This document shows positions 26,997-43,055 of a DNA stretch of 64,000 bases, piece after piece. How positions within the stretch are numbered: position 1 is the stretch's first letter; each line of letters begins with the position of its first letter. The DNA is from the human T2T-CHM13v2.0 reference genome, Homo sapiens. The notes below the pieces were generated by a model, which made no database searches, was not told where the DNA came from, and worked only from the letters and a program-made list of their open reading frames with translations. Position numbers and translations under genes: made by a program. The DNA lies in NCBI RefSeq assembly GCF_009914755.1, contig NC_060933.1. The stretch is one strand, 5' to 3'.

Positions 26997-28527
26997 TTAA
27001 AAAATTTTTTTTTTACTTTAAGTACCAGGATACATGTACAGAATGTGTAGGTTTGTTACATAGGTATACGTGTGCCATGGTGGTTTCCTGCACCTATCAA
27101 CCTGTCATCTAGGTTTTAAGCCCCACATGCATTAGCTGTTTGTCCTGATGCTCTCTCTCCCCTTGCCCCTGCCCAGTGTGTGTTGTTCCCCGCCCTGTGT
27201 TTATGTGTTCTCGTTATTCAACTCCCACTTATGCATGAGAACATGTGGTGTTTGGTTTTCTGTGTTCCTGTGTTAGTTTACTGAGGATGATGGCTTCCAG
27301 CTTCATCCATGTTCCTGCAGAGGACATGATCTCATTCCTTTTTGTGGCTGCATAGTATTCCATGGTGTATATGTACCACATTTTCTTTATCCAGTCTATC
27401 ATTAATGGACATTTGGGTTGGTTCCATGTCTTTTGTATTGTGAATAGTGTTGCAGTAAACATATGTGTGCCTGCATGTTTATAACACAGTGATTTATATT
27501 CCGTTGGGTATATACCGAGTAATGGAATTGCTGGGTCAAATGGTATTGCTGGTTCTAGATCCTTGAGTAATTGCCACACTGTCTTCAACAATGGTTGAAC
27601 TAATTTACGCTCCCACTAGCAATATAAAAGCATTTGTATTTCTCCATAGCCTCGCCAGCATTTGTTGTTTCTTGACTTTTTAATAATCGCCATTCTGACT
27701 GGCATGAGATGGTACCTCATTGTGGTTTTGATTTGCATTTCTCTGATGATCAGTGATGTTGAGCTTATTTTCATGTTTGTCAGCCGTGTAAATGTCGTCT
27801 TTTGATAAGTGTCTGTTCATATTCTTTGCCCACTTTTTGATGGGGTTGTTTGTTTTTTTCTTGTAAATTTGTTTAAGTTCTTTGTAAATTCTGGATATTA
27901 GACCTTTGTCAGATGGGTAGATTGCAAAAATTTTCTCCCATTCTGTAGGTTGTCTGTTCACTCTGATGATAGTTTCTTTTGCTCTGCAGAAGCTCTTTAC
28001 TTTAATTAGATCCCATATGTCACTTTTAGCTTTTGTTGCAATTGCTTTTGGCGATTTCATCATAAAATCTTTGCCCATGCCTATGTCTTGAATGGTATCA
28101 CCTAGATTTTCTTCTAGGGTTTTTATGGTTTTGTGTTTTACATTTAAGTCTTTAATCCATCTTGAGTTAATTTTTGTATGAAGTGTAAAGAAGGGGTCCA
28201 ATTTCGGTTTTCTGTATATGGCTAGACAGTTTTCCCAGCACCATTTATTAGATAGGGAATCCTTTCCCCATTGCTTGTTTTTGTCAGGTTTGTCAAAGAT
28301 CAGATGGTTGTAGATGTGTGGTCTTATTTCTGAGGTCACTATTCTGTTCCACTGGTCTATATGTCTGTTTTGGTACCAGTACCATGCTGTTTTGGTTACT
28401 GTAGCCTTGTAGTATAGTTTGAAGTTAGGTAGCATGATGCCTCCAGCTTTGTTCTTTTTGCTTAGGATTGTCTTGGTTATGTGGGCTCTTTTTTTGGCTT
28501 CATATGAATTTTAAAGTAGTTTTTTTC
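26997..28527 (-). mobile_element. 5'-truncated L1PA (L1PA8/10-like): ORF2 C-terminus + 3' UTR
   Basis: ORFs 27680-28435 ([13 protein letters not shown]...WGKDSL.NKWCWEN) and 27229-27591 are L1 ORF2p; 3' UTR TTTTAAGCCCCACATGCATTAG; TSD TGAGAGAAAATATTTTTCT 26978-26996 / TGAGATAAAATAATTTTCT 28528-28546. Confidence 0.93.
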
Positions 28528-28622
28528 TGAGATAAAATAATTTTCTGAACTAAGCATGGGCTTTTCAGTTAGGCTGACTTTGGATTTTGCTGTTTGATCA
28601 TGGGCAAAGCACTTAACATGTC

Positions 28623-28800
28623 TGCTATGGTTTGAATGTGTCCCCCAAAGGTCATGTGTTAGAAATTTGATCCCCAATATGGAGATGTTGGGAGGTGGGA
28701 TCTTTAAGATATGTTTGGGTCATGAGGGCTCTGCCCTCATGAATGGATTAATGCAGTTATTGTGGGAGCGGGTTCATGACAACAGGAAAAGTTTAACCCC
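28623..28800 (+). mobile_element. MST-type MaLR LTR, 5' part only
   Basis: TGCTATGGTTTGAATGTGTCCCCCAAA...TCATGAGGGCTCTGCCCTCATGAATGGATTAATG. Confidence 0.8.
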
Positions 28801-28801
28801 A

Positions 28802-29080
28802 TCTTAAGTGTGCTTTAGCACCTGCACAGTATGCAGGTTAATTCTCTTGGCAAGAATCTTGCCCTTAACTGGTTTGTTTACAACAATGCCAACAGCGTGC
28901 AGGGTAACATTGTAGACTCTTCCAGGTTTGCCATGGTAACATTTGTGAGGTGTTCCTTTTTGAACAGTACCTATTCCCTTGATGTCTGCAGTATCACCTT
29001 TCTTGTAGCTTCACGTGTATGTGGCCAAAAGAACAACTCTTTTCTAAAAGGCCTGGAGAACATTATCAGGTTCCTCCCTT
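28802..29080 (-). pseudogene. RPL21P: RPL21 (60S ribosomal protein eL21) processed pseudogene fragment, approx. residues 8-100
   Basis: Reverse complement reads MFSRPFRK/[frameshift][66 protein letters not shown] versus RPL21 [77 protein letters not shown]; intronless; stop at 29011-29013; 4-nt deletion. Confidence 0.93.
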
Positions 29081-29215
29081 ACTAGAAAATGAGAGTGTCC
29101 CACCTGAAAAACAACTAGTATACTTTAATACACTTTAAAGTGACTACATAATATTTCACAGCTTAGATGTGTCATGGTTTATGTCATCTTGGCTCTGTTG
29201 ATGGGTACTTTGTAA

Positions 29216-29510
<295 letters not shown>

Positions 29511-29875
29511 AGCTCCACTTTTTTTATTTGGTGAGGAAAGTTGAAATCATGCATTTGTACAATTGTGGATTTGTTGGAGTTTTTTTTTTTTTCTTTCCGC
29601 TTAGTCAGTTCCTAATTTGTACATTTTGAAGCCCTATTCTTAGGAGTATTATGATATTTTGGTGAATTGACCCCTTAGTCATTATTAAATGTTTCTCTTT
29701 ATTCCTGACAACGTCATTTGTTCTAAAATCTGCTTTTTCTAATATTAATATAGGCAGCCACTCTTGCTATCTTTTCTGCCATTTTTTAGTTCTTTTATTT
29801 TTAACAGATATATGTCTAAAAGGTAGGTTTTGTGTGGAAAGCATGTAGGAGGGTTCTTTCCCTGATTTCAAGTAG

Positions 29876-30346
<471 letters not shown>

Positions 30347-30581
30347 TAGCTTTCTATGTGGCCAGTTTCTCTGGTATTTTTCTCTGGAAATTGCAGCGAC
30401 TTTGACCTGTGTACATTCTGTGATCTGTCCTTGACACTCAATTACGTAGATGGGGTCTGGTTTGACTACCTCCTCCCTTACAAGGTGGCCAGGAAACCTT
30501 CTCAATGTAAGATTCAACTTACCTATTTCCTTTCTCTCCAGGATCACTATTCTGCCATGTCTGTGTGTCTAAAAGTGTTTC

Positions 30582-30838
<257 letters not shown>

Positions 30839-31785
30839 CAGTTGTGTCTTCTTATTGTTTAGAGTTGAAGTATATGTAGTCCTTGTTACTCCATCATAAC
30901 TGAAAGTGTAATTTTGCTTTCATTCTTAAATGATATATTTGGAGCATATAATCTCATTTGAAAGCTTTTTTTAGCACTTGCAATGTGTATTTCTACTGTG
31001 TTCTGGCATTTATTATTTTTTATGATGTCAGTAGTCATTTTTTTTCTATACGTTAATGTGTCATTTTTCTCTGCCTTCTTTCAAGATTATTTCTGTATTT
31101 AAACTTTCTAGTAGTTTGTGATGTGCCTGGTTGTACATTTTTTGTATTTTTCCTGGTTGGAGATCAAACTTTTATTTATTATTTCTCCAGAGTTTTTTTT
31201 TTTTTTTTTGCCTTGTGTTCAAGACTAAAACTTTTTTCTTGCTTCATTTTTTCCTTCTGGTCATTCTTGTATTCCTGTAATACATGTGGTAATCCGTTGC
31301 TGTGTCCTACAGTTTATGATGCTCTGTTTAAAACAAAAAAAAAATCGATTTTCTGTTTGTCGGATCGGATAATTTCTACTGATCTATGTTCATGCCTACT
31401 AACTTTTCCTTCTGTCATATCCAATCTGCTATTTAGCCCATTCAGTGATTTTTAAAAATATTTCAGATACTATATTTTCTACTTCTAAATTTTCCATTGC
31501 TTTAAAAAAATAATTTCTATTTCTCTGGTGTGATTTCCTATCTGTTTAATCATTGCCAGCATTTTTTTTCAAATTAATAAGTTTTATTTTTGATATTTAT
31601 GTTCATCGTTTTATCACTTTTTATGACCGAGGTTTAGTGAATAGTTTTAAGTTTTTGTTAAGTAAATTAGTAGGCCCTCCTGTACTCTGGCCCTCCTTTC
31701 TGTGTTAGTGGTGTTCACATCAGTTTTTTAAATGAATGATTTGGTGCTCCTGGTTTCTCCAGTGTATTTTTTGTTACGGCTTCTG

Positions 31786-32078
31786 CTTTTGTTTGTTTGT
31801 TTTCAGACAAGGTCTTACTCTGTCACCCAGGCTGGAGTGCAGTGGCATGATCACACATCCTCGACCTCCTGGGCTCAGGTGATCCTCCCACCTCATCCCC
31901 TCGAATAGCTGAGATTACAGGCGTGCACCACCACACGCGGCTAATTTTTGTATTTTTAGTACAGATGGGGTTTCACCATTGTTGCCCGGGCTGGTCTTGA
32001 ACTCCTGAGCTCAATTGATCCACCTGCCTCGGCCTCCCAAAGTGTTAGGATCACAGACGTGAGCCACCACTCCCGGCC
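31786..32078 (-). mobile_element. AluJb-like
   Basis: Dimer; TSD-like TTACGGCTTCTG/TTACAGCTTCTG. Confidence 0.9.
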
Positions 32079-32289
32079 TATTACAGCTTCTGAAACACAG
32101 TCTACTAGATTGCCTTCACCAACCCTTTCTCACTTCTAGCTTTAATAGGCAGGAGTGCTGCTTCAGCAAAAAGAAGGGTGAGAGCAAGTTTAGAAATGGC
32201 AGTGTTGAATGAGGTGAAATGAGAATAGGTAATGTGTAACAGATCATATTGAGTGATGATTATGGGCTGGCAGCATCTCTAGTAATCCT

Positions 32290-33400
<1,111 letters not shown>

Positions 33401-35439
33401 TGGATAAATATTTGTGTTTATAAGGGAAATCAGTGGGCATATAGCAGCATTAGGACTCTGGAGAAGTGTGGAGTAGTTAGGTAGGGGTGTGTTCTGGAGA
33501 GAATAAGTTACTGGAGTGGACATGTTCATGCTAAAGATTATTTGTGGGCAGATTACTTGGGCAGATAGTAATACATGAAGTCAGAAGCCTTTCTGGATTA
33601 TTGGTTTCTCTTTGAATCCACCAAGGACAGTTTTTTTTTCTCTTCATTTGACCCCATGATATAGGATTAGGTTTCTTTCTTTTTCTGTTTCTTCTTCCTG
33701 TTTTTTTATTTATTTTTATTTTTTTATTTTTTGGCTTCAGAGTGAGCAAGCTTTCTTTCACCCTTTCTTGGCTCTCTGGTTTATTGTCATAGCCAGTCCT
33801 TTCCTGCCAGCTTGATTGTCTTCCCTCTAGTGGCTGGCTCTCATCTCCCTGGCTTCTTTTTTGTCAGGAAGGGTGTTGTGTATGTGCACTTTATCCCTGA
33901 ATGCTAAGAGAGGACTTGTCAAACTGACAGTTGGTGTGACTGCTGGCTGCCACTTGACATGGAGAATGACATCTAAAAGTCTGCATTTGCAGCCGTGGAC
34001 CTTCAAGAGACTCATAGAAGAGGCTGTACTTTTTCAGTGAGAAATAACCACATCTATGAACATTTAGTATTTATAATATTAAAATGTATCCTTTCACTAA
34101 ACTATATTTAGCCCTCATACTGTTCATCCTATCTTATATTACTGATCTTTTTCATGTGATAAATAAGATTATGTAGAAAACACCAAGATTTTTCAGGAGT
34201 AGTGTATAATAATGAACAAGGTTTATTTCATTTGTTTCTTGTGTGCATTACATCATTCATTTCCCTCCCATTTTGACATCTGCAATGGCTCCCTGATATC
34301 TACTAAATATAACTATTTAACCAGCATCTAAGGCAATTCATAATATGCCCCAACCTACTTTTTAAAATCTTATTTCTTAGCCCCCTCACAGATTTTCTCT
34401 ACCCTATTCCACTGGTTTCTAAACAGGTTTTTTTTGAAGCCTCTTAGGCATTCCCTTGGAAAGGTAGGGGTCAAGTCACCAGATTTCTATCCTCAACCTT
34501 TAGGCTTTAATCTCTTTTGCATATTTTGGTTTCTTTAAAATAGGGCTCTATAACTAAAAGAGGTTTGAAAGTCACTCCATTTGTCTGGTCAGATGATTAG
34601 TCTCTATGTCTTTCAGTCTGTCTCTGCCTCTTTCTCCTGTACACATACTCCCTAGGGCCTTATACTTAAACATTTTCTTGTGGCTTTACTTTTCTGTGTA
34701 GTTCCTTCTGCCAGGAATGCTAATGTCTCCAGTTGATCATTCATATAGTGAGTTTTGCTGGTTAGCTGGAACAGTGTGACAGTTTTAAACATTTTATTTT
34801 TATTTCTAAAGAATTTCCAGTAAGCTGGGAATTAAGTGTTTCGCATGATCAAAACGTTTAGGGATTAATATATGTTTTGTTACCTTATGACATTGTATGA
34901 ACGATGGAGAAAGACAGATTTTTACAAATGTTAGAAATGTAAAGTCTTGAATTGGGTCATAATTTTTTCAATGAAGGTGTGAAGTTTAAGTTTAGTGGGA
35001 GAGAGTGATTCAGCATACATATGGTTTTACTTGTAGGGTTTTTTGGTTTGTTTGTTTTGGGGTTTTGGTTTTGGTTTTGGTTTTTTAATAACATAAGCTG
35101 TATATGCAGCCAAGATAGATTACATTATACATATTATTTTTCTTCCATCTTTATCATCAAATACTGAGTTCTCTCACAGTGCTTTGATTCACACTAGAGA
35201 TTTTTTTTTATTTATAATGCAGATAAGTAGTATGTTTTGTAATGATAGTTCTCATTTCTGGATACTTTTAAAGCTTCAGTTTTCATGTCTTAGTAATAGG
35301 ATGTTAATTATGTGATATTATTTTATCTTTAACATTTTTCACTGTAGAATATTAATATGGAAATGTTGCTCAGCAGTCTGCAAAGGACTGTTGCTAGTGT
35401 AAAACATTAAGTCATTTCGCTTAGAAAATCTGTGGCTAG

Positions 35440-35737
35440 GGCCGGGCGCGGTGGCTCACGCCTGTAATCACAGCACTTTGGGAGGCCAATGTGGGCGGAT
35501 CACGAGGTCAGGAGATCGAGACCATCCTGGCTAACACGGTGAAACCCCATCTCTACTAAAAATACAAAAAATTAGCCGAGTGTAGTGGCAGGCGCCTGTA
35601 GTCCCAGCTACTTGGGAGGCTGAGGCGACAGAATGGCATGAACCCGGAGGCGGAGCTTGCAGTGAGCCGAGATGGCGCCACTGCACTCCAGCCTGGGTGA
35701 CAGAGCGAGACTCCGTCTCAAAAAAAAAAAAAAAAAA
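35440..35737 (+). mobile_element. AluY
   Basis: GGAGATCGAGACCATCCTGGCTAACACGG, GAGCTTGCAG; TSD AGAAAATCT(G/T)TGGC. Confidence 0.95.
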
Positions 35738-35757
35738 GAAAATCTTTGGCAAAATCA

Positions 35758-35961
35758 CTGGGGATGATTTTACCTCCCAGGATCATTTTGATAATGTCTG
35801 GAGACATTTTTGATTGTTACAACCTAGTGGCAGCTGGGGAGGCGGAGGAGGCACTACTGGCATTCAGTGGGTAGAGGCCAGAGTTGTTGCTAAACATCCT
35901 GCCACTAAATAAATGTTTTTGTGGCCCAAAATGTCAGTAGTACCAAGATTGAGAAACCCTG
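35758..35961 (+). mobile_element. MER20 (hAT-Charlie)
   Basis: AATGTCTGGAGACATTTTTGATTGT...GGGTAGAGGCCAGAG...GGCCCAAAATGTCAGTAGTACCAAGATTGAGAAACCCTG. Confidence 0.85.
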
Positions 35962-37667
35962 AGCCAATCTTCTACCATACCTAAAAAAAAAATTTTACTT
36001 AGAAATATTTTAATTTGTTTGTACAGGCATACTGATTTAGTCAGCCATTATCCTAATGATTCCTTTAAAAAAATTTTTGGAGTGGGAAAATAAAGACTTT
36101 TTCTACTTTAGAAAAGAGCAGATCTTTAAAAAAAATTGCTTTTCTTAAGGGTGTAATTGTGAAATAGCTTGCTTTCTTTTTCTCTTTCTCTTTCTTTTCT
36201 TTTTAGTTGGCTATCTGAATCATTGAGATGAACTGAAAATTAGATCTTAGCAAATAATTCTGCCAACAGTGGAACTCTAAGGCTCTGGTATCAGCTTAAG
36301 GCAGCCCAGCCTTACTTCAGAGTCCCCATCGAACAGATCGTTCACCTTGTTGGATGAATTGCTTCTCTCTCAGGATTAATTAAGAAAATGTTAATACTTT
36401 TCTTCCTCTTCTTGCTTCCTTGACCCCTAAACACAGTGTTAACAGCTTCTCTACCTGTACATCAACAATATATCAGTGTATACACCTTCTGAATCCTTCT
36501 ATATCTTTCTCCATGCTTGTCCAAAGAACACATGCACAGTAGTTTTGGGGTCATTGTTTTTTTTACAGACTTCTCTGAGACATACCTTTTTCACTTTTAC
36601 TATGTAAGTTTCCCTGGTTGATAGAGGGCTTGACTTTTTAATAGCTGTAATTATATTCTATAGAATAGACAGAGTGGATGTTCGGAATTTACTGAACTCT
36701 TCGCTTAGATATTCAACTGTTTTCTGTTTTTTAAAACCATTTTAAACAATATTGCAAATACATGTATACTTTTCTGCTGAATTTTTATTTACCAATAAAA
36801 TTGGTTTAGTAATGTTTAGTACCAAGAAGGATTAATGAGGATAACCACAAATTATTTGAGCTTCAACTTTTTTTGAAAGTTGTATTTGACCAAAAGGTCC
36901 TTCCTCCACACAATTTTGAAGATAATGTAATTACTGCTCAACCTGACCTGGATAGTGTTATTTCCTTGTTTAAAGGGGGCAAGCAAATAGTTTTAGCTAA
37001 AATGACAATATAACAGAAAACCTGTAGTTCCACAGGATGAATAAAGACAGACTTAGAAATTATATTGGTAAATATGTTATTTTAAGAAATATTAGTTAAA
37101 ATTTCAAAAGCAGATCATTCAAGGCAGCAACAGAACCCTTGTTAGTTGCTTTATTGATACAGGGATCCTAATACTGTCTGAAAACTTTTAACAAGGTGTC
37201 AAATTCAGAATATGCTTTTTATTGTTAGTAATGTCTATTTATCTGATGATTCATACTTAGTAAATGCATAAATATTGAGTAAATGTTTTAGATTCATTGA
37301 TCTGCAAGGCAGATGATATAAGAATAGCCTGGATACATGAATTCTAATCCTACTTGTGCTGTTGTTGACTAGTACCAATATGCCAAGTTTTCACCTCCTG
37401 AGAGTGCCTTTCCTTTCCTTATTGTAAAATTGATTGTTTCTAAAGTGTTTTGATTATAAAAATTTCTGATTTATTATCTTGCACATTGTTTTAAAGAAAT
37501 GGATGATAAAATCATATACTTATTTAATATTGCATATTTCCATTTCCCTGGCTCAGTGCAGAGTAAATCAACAACATTGAAAAGCTAGTTGGGAATCGGA
37601 GATGATAGATAGCTTTTTCTAAGTTTTTAGGTCCTTAACCAATATTTGGTATGAGATTCGCTCAATG

Positions 37668-37702
37668 GTGTGTATGTGTGTGTGTGTGTGTGTATTTGTG
37701 TG
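37668..37702. repeat. Imperfect (TG)n
   Basis: GTGTGTATGTGTG... Confidence 0.85.
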
Positions 37703-38789
37703 TTAGAATTCATCAGACAAGAAAATTAATTTCTATTTTAGATATTTTACAAAGAATCACTTATTCCTAGGATTGTTCCCCAAGACATCTGAAATCTTAA
37801 TTTGCATATCTATGTGGCAAAGCTTTAAATTTAAGTTATCCAGTAGTTTAACATAAAATCATACTGAAACACTCATTAACACATTTGAGTATACTATGTA
37901 AGTTCAGAATATAAATTACTTAGTACTGAGCCATGCTGCATTAAGTTAATCTTTATGTTGTTAGATTATTTTTATGTTAAGGAAACATTATCCCAGATTC
38001 GGTTTTTCTAGATACATAGAAAGGGACATACTGGATGTTTTTATTATGTTGAATGAAGCTGTGCATTGAAGCTATTATACTTAAGAAACATTTTTATGAC
38101 AGTTTAGCTTTTTCAGCTGCTTTCATTATGTTGTGTTTTTTAGAAGTCTATTCAGGGTATTTTTAATGTCTTAACTAACAATATGATTTTTGAGCTATGT
38201 TTCTGTCGTGTTGTTTCTCATCACTATATGGATAGAATTAGTTATATAGTAACAATGCCTCTGTGCTCCTTTACCACCACAAAATACTTATTTTATTTTA
38301 ATTCTTATTTATTAGTTGAATTATTTATTACATTAATTTAATTCTTATTTTCTTTGATGTTTTATGAAGCAGAGTTTATTTTCATAATTGTGTCTCATAA
38401 TTCTGTACAATAATTGTTGGAGGAGTATGTTTAGTGAAAACAAATTAAAGGTGGAAGAGATACTATTCTTCCTCAGCATTGGTAATAATGAAGCTCAATT
38501 TCAAGTCATATACTTTTTTGTTATTTGGGTATTGAATATCAGTTTTTGTGAAACTAATATTGCAACCTATACAGTTGAAGAAAGAGATATTTCTGATGTA
38601 ATCTTATAAATCAGGGTGTAGGAAAATAAAAACTTTATTTTGTAGATTAAAGCTCACCCTATGTTACATTAAATTTTAATAACATTGATATTCTGCTTGC
38701 TTTATGAAACCTTTTATTACAAACAGTTATGAATATGAACATCTCATTTGACTACTGATGAACAGAGGGAAAAATCTAAATTAAAACTT

Positions 38790-39560
38790 TAAATACCACT
38801 ATTTAATTACCCAAATGGCTTTGACTGTGTTAAAGAGTGTCTGGGATTATTCTGTTTTTCAATTTGTTTTAATGCTTCCTTGGTAAAAGCTGATGGATTC
38901 CCAGGCCCATTGCTGTCACTGATGAACTATATAAAGATAAATGACATTATGGTAAATTCCACTTAATGACACATTTTTAATTTTCAGAACACAGACATTT
39001 TCAGGCTAGTGAATGAAGGCTAATTACCTCAAGATCAGAACAAAATAACTCCTCATTTCGAAAGATAATAGAAAAGAAATGTTGCAGATTAATGATGCTA
39101 TTTATCTTTAAAGGAAAAAAATTTTATCTTTATCCAGATAGCATAGCTCCCTAAGGAGCGTGGTTATAAAATGAATCTGAAGTCGCAACTTAATAGGTTA
39201 TTAAAATTGTGAGTGCAGGCTCTCCTGCTTTAGTCTTTCCATAAATTTAAATTGAAGGTCTGCTTTATTCAAAAAGGAGCAGCTTGTTTATGAGGCCAGT
39301 GGGAGCAGCACACGTTACTGACAAAAGATGCACTTAACTTCATTCTAATGTCTTGCTTCTTTATTTCTCTGAATGACTGTCACCTATTTGAAAAAGTATT
39401 TTGAAATTTTGTTACCACTCTTAATTGATACCTAAGTGGAAGGGCCATACTTAGACTTGTTTAAGATTAAAATAAAAATGAATGCTGTAAATAAAAGCTG
39501 TAAAGCCTTTACTGCACACATATAAATCAATTTGTAATTGATTTAATTGTGTGTGTATAT
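38790..39560. promoter_or_regulatory. Candidate conserved enhancer (HOX/PBX/MEIS grammar)
   Basis: TGATGGAT 38891-38898 with CTGTCA 38913-38918; second CTGTCA 39377; ATAAATCA 39522; TAATTA 38804; no recognisable repeat; retained CpGs. Confidence 0.4.
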
Positions 39561-39889
39561 TTTTAAACATTTTAATTTTGTTATATAAGAGGAAAATATC
39601 TTGGCCTATGAGGGGTTGATTTTGTGGTCACAGTTGGAATTTATGTAGGAATTGTTCAATAAATCATTATTCACAGTTAAAGGATTAGCAATAATCCTTT
39701 TGCTACACTCCCACACAACTAACAAAGTAGTGACTCAGAGAATATTACTTGATCATAGAGGCTTTAAACTGTTCCTGACATCCTAAACTCCTGTCTTTTG
39801 CTGTAGGTAATAGAACTGTTATTTCTTTACTAACGAGGTCATATAGCATTTTCTGTAATTTTCATTCTTGTCTCTTAGAAAGTACATGA

Positions 39890-40399
<510 letters not shown>

Positions 40400-42196
40400 T
40401 CATTGCCCATGGCATAATGTTGACATAAAATTTTCTATTAAGACATTTCTTAGAACAGCCAGAAAACGGAAGTCTTTGTAATTTTAATTGTAGTATGCAT
40501 TTGATTTTATGTTAACTGTTATGAAAGCCTCTTATTTTTAAAATGTTCTTAAGTAGTTTTGACTCTGTAGATTAAGGATAATTTCTAATAATAATTATTA
40601 AATTTGAAATAAGATATTCATATTTACTCAAAACTGTAGGAAAATACTATAAAATGCACTTTATCCTCTATCTCACTTTTCTTTTTATTTAAAATTTCAA
40701 TAATATTCCTACAAGGCTCCCTTTATTCTTTATTTGCTACAGGTGTATCTATCTTACAGTGACTTAAGGAGAGAAGCTGATGAGAATTCTGAAGGTTATG
40801 TTTTATAGTTAGAATCCTTCAGTGAAAACACAGATGAATATTTTTTCTTAATACTAAAATAATGTGTTTATATAATTACCTTATTTCTAATTCTTAACAG
40901 TATCCGTGAAAATAAAAAGAAATGTTTCATGCATATGAGAGAAATTTCAGCAATTATTTGTATCTTCTAAATTCATTTTTAAATGTGGCAAGCACTGTGT
41001 CTATAAGCCTATATGTTATTTCACAATAATTTTTGGAAATTTTCTGTTTTAGTCTATGTGAGTCATGTAAAAATTATAAAAACTTTTAGGAACTCAAGCA
41101 GCCTTCAATCAGTGAAAGAACTGTTTAGCATGATAATACAAAAATAAAACCTATAGTATTTTGGCACCTTATAAAGCTCCCCTTTCGCCTCAAATTTGAT
41201 TAAAGTGGATACTTAGAATGTATGCAGTACATGTTTTCCACATGGTTATTATCCTTCAGCTGAAAAAAAATCCGTGTGATTATTGTTAGAATAATATACA
41301 CTAAAATGTTCTAGAGCATTAATAATATTGTGTCCATGCTCTTGTCTAATTTTTCCCAATTATTGCTATTTTAAATTTCCAACAGTATCTTGTACTTAAT
41401 CTTCATATGTGAGGATGAGTTTATTCTAAAGACATTTACACACAACTTAGAGAAAATGTCAGAGATTGTCAGGGTTATATTTTAGAGTCAGAGGTAATCC
41501 TACTCTGGATATGAAGATAAATCATTTTTTAAAATGTGCCAGTTTTCTCTTCAGTAATGATGATCTTGAATGAATATTCTGTTTGGAAATTCTCTGCTTA
41601 TGGCCTATCAGTAGTTATTCCTCTGGATATATACTTTGGAAATTCTATTTTAAAGCATGTCATTAATTCTTTAGACTTAATCATCTTCTAGTTCTTTTTG
41701 CTGGACTCTGATATTAAAATTTAGCAGTAGCCTATGAAAAATCGTATGGAAAAGAGACAAATTTAGGGCCATTAAATTCCTAATTATGGTTTCATAACAA
41801 GGATCACGAGCTATTTACTGTTTACCTCCGTGACAGTTCTGGAATTTTGTTTTGATTGTCAAGTAGCAGATAGATCTAAGTATAAAGATTCTTGAAAGGG
41901 CAAAAGAAAAATCTTTGTGGATTCAAATCCTCAAATCCAACTACAATTAAATAATAAGGCCTTATCAGAAGTTATGAAGCATAATAAAGTGCTTTGTCTT
42001 TCCACTTGATTCCTTACTGACTCCCCAAGTTAACTATTATGGGTTCATGGTTAAGGCACACAATCAGGAGTGAAGTTCTAAGTTTTAATTTTAGCACTGG
42101 CTCAAGTTTTCATAATGTATATAAATTCATTCCCCCCTGTGTTTATTTTCTTACCTGTAAAACTTAGGGGTTTAAATGCATTCAAATTGTGTCCTG

Positions 42197-42787
<591 letters not shown>

Positions 42788-42849
42788 TTAAAAATGAAAA
42801 CTAAAAACAAACAGAAAACAAAAGTTTTAAAACCACTTCCAGAATGGGC

Positions 42850-43055
42850 CAGGAATTGTCAAACTCTGGCCCACAGGCCACATCTGGCCCAATGCCCAAT
42901 TTTTTGTAATGAATGTTTCTTTGGACAAAGCCACGCTCATTCATGTACATATTGTCCATTATGCAGCAGAGTTAGTAGTTGTGACAGAGACTATATGACA
43001 AGCAGAGGTCAAAATATTTATCTAGCACTTTGCCAAAAAAGTTTGCTAACTCCTG
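42850..43055 (+). mobile_element. MER58A (hAT-Charlie)
   Basis: CAGGAATTGTCAAACTCTGGCCCACAGGCC...GCAGAGTTAGTAGTTGTGACAGAGAC...AAAAAAGTTTGCTAACTCCTG. Confidence 0.85.

Noticed and set aside
27229-28435. 251-aa and 120-aa ORFs
   Set aside because: Frameshifted L1 ORF2p remnants of a 5'-truncated L1PA, not a gene
28831-29085. 84-aa + strand ORF
   Set aside because: Antisense shadow of the RPL21 pseudogene
36207-36290. Long polypyrimidine tract + AG
   Set aside because: All three frames close within ~30 nt; no good donor
40743-40794. 52-nt candidate exon (VYLSYSDLRREADENSE)
   Set aside because: One open frame but weak donor (GTTATG) and unrecognised peptide
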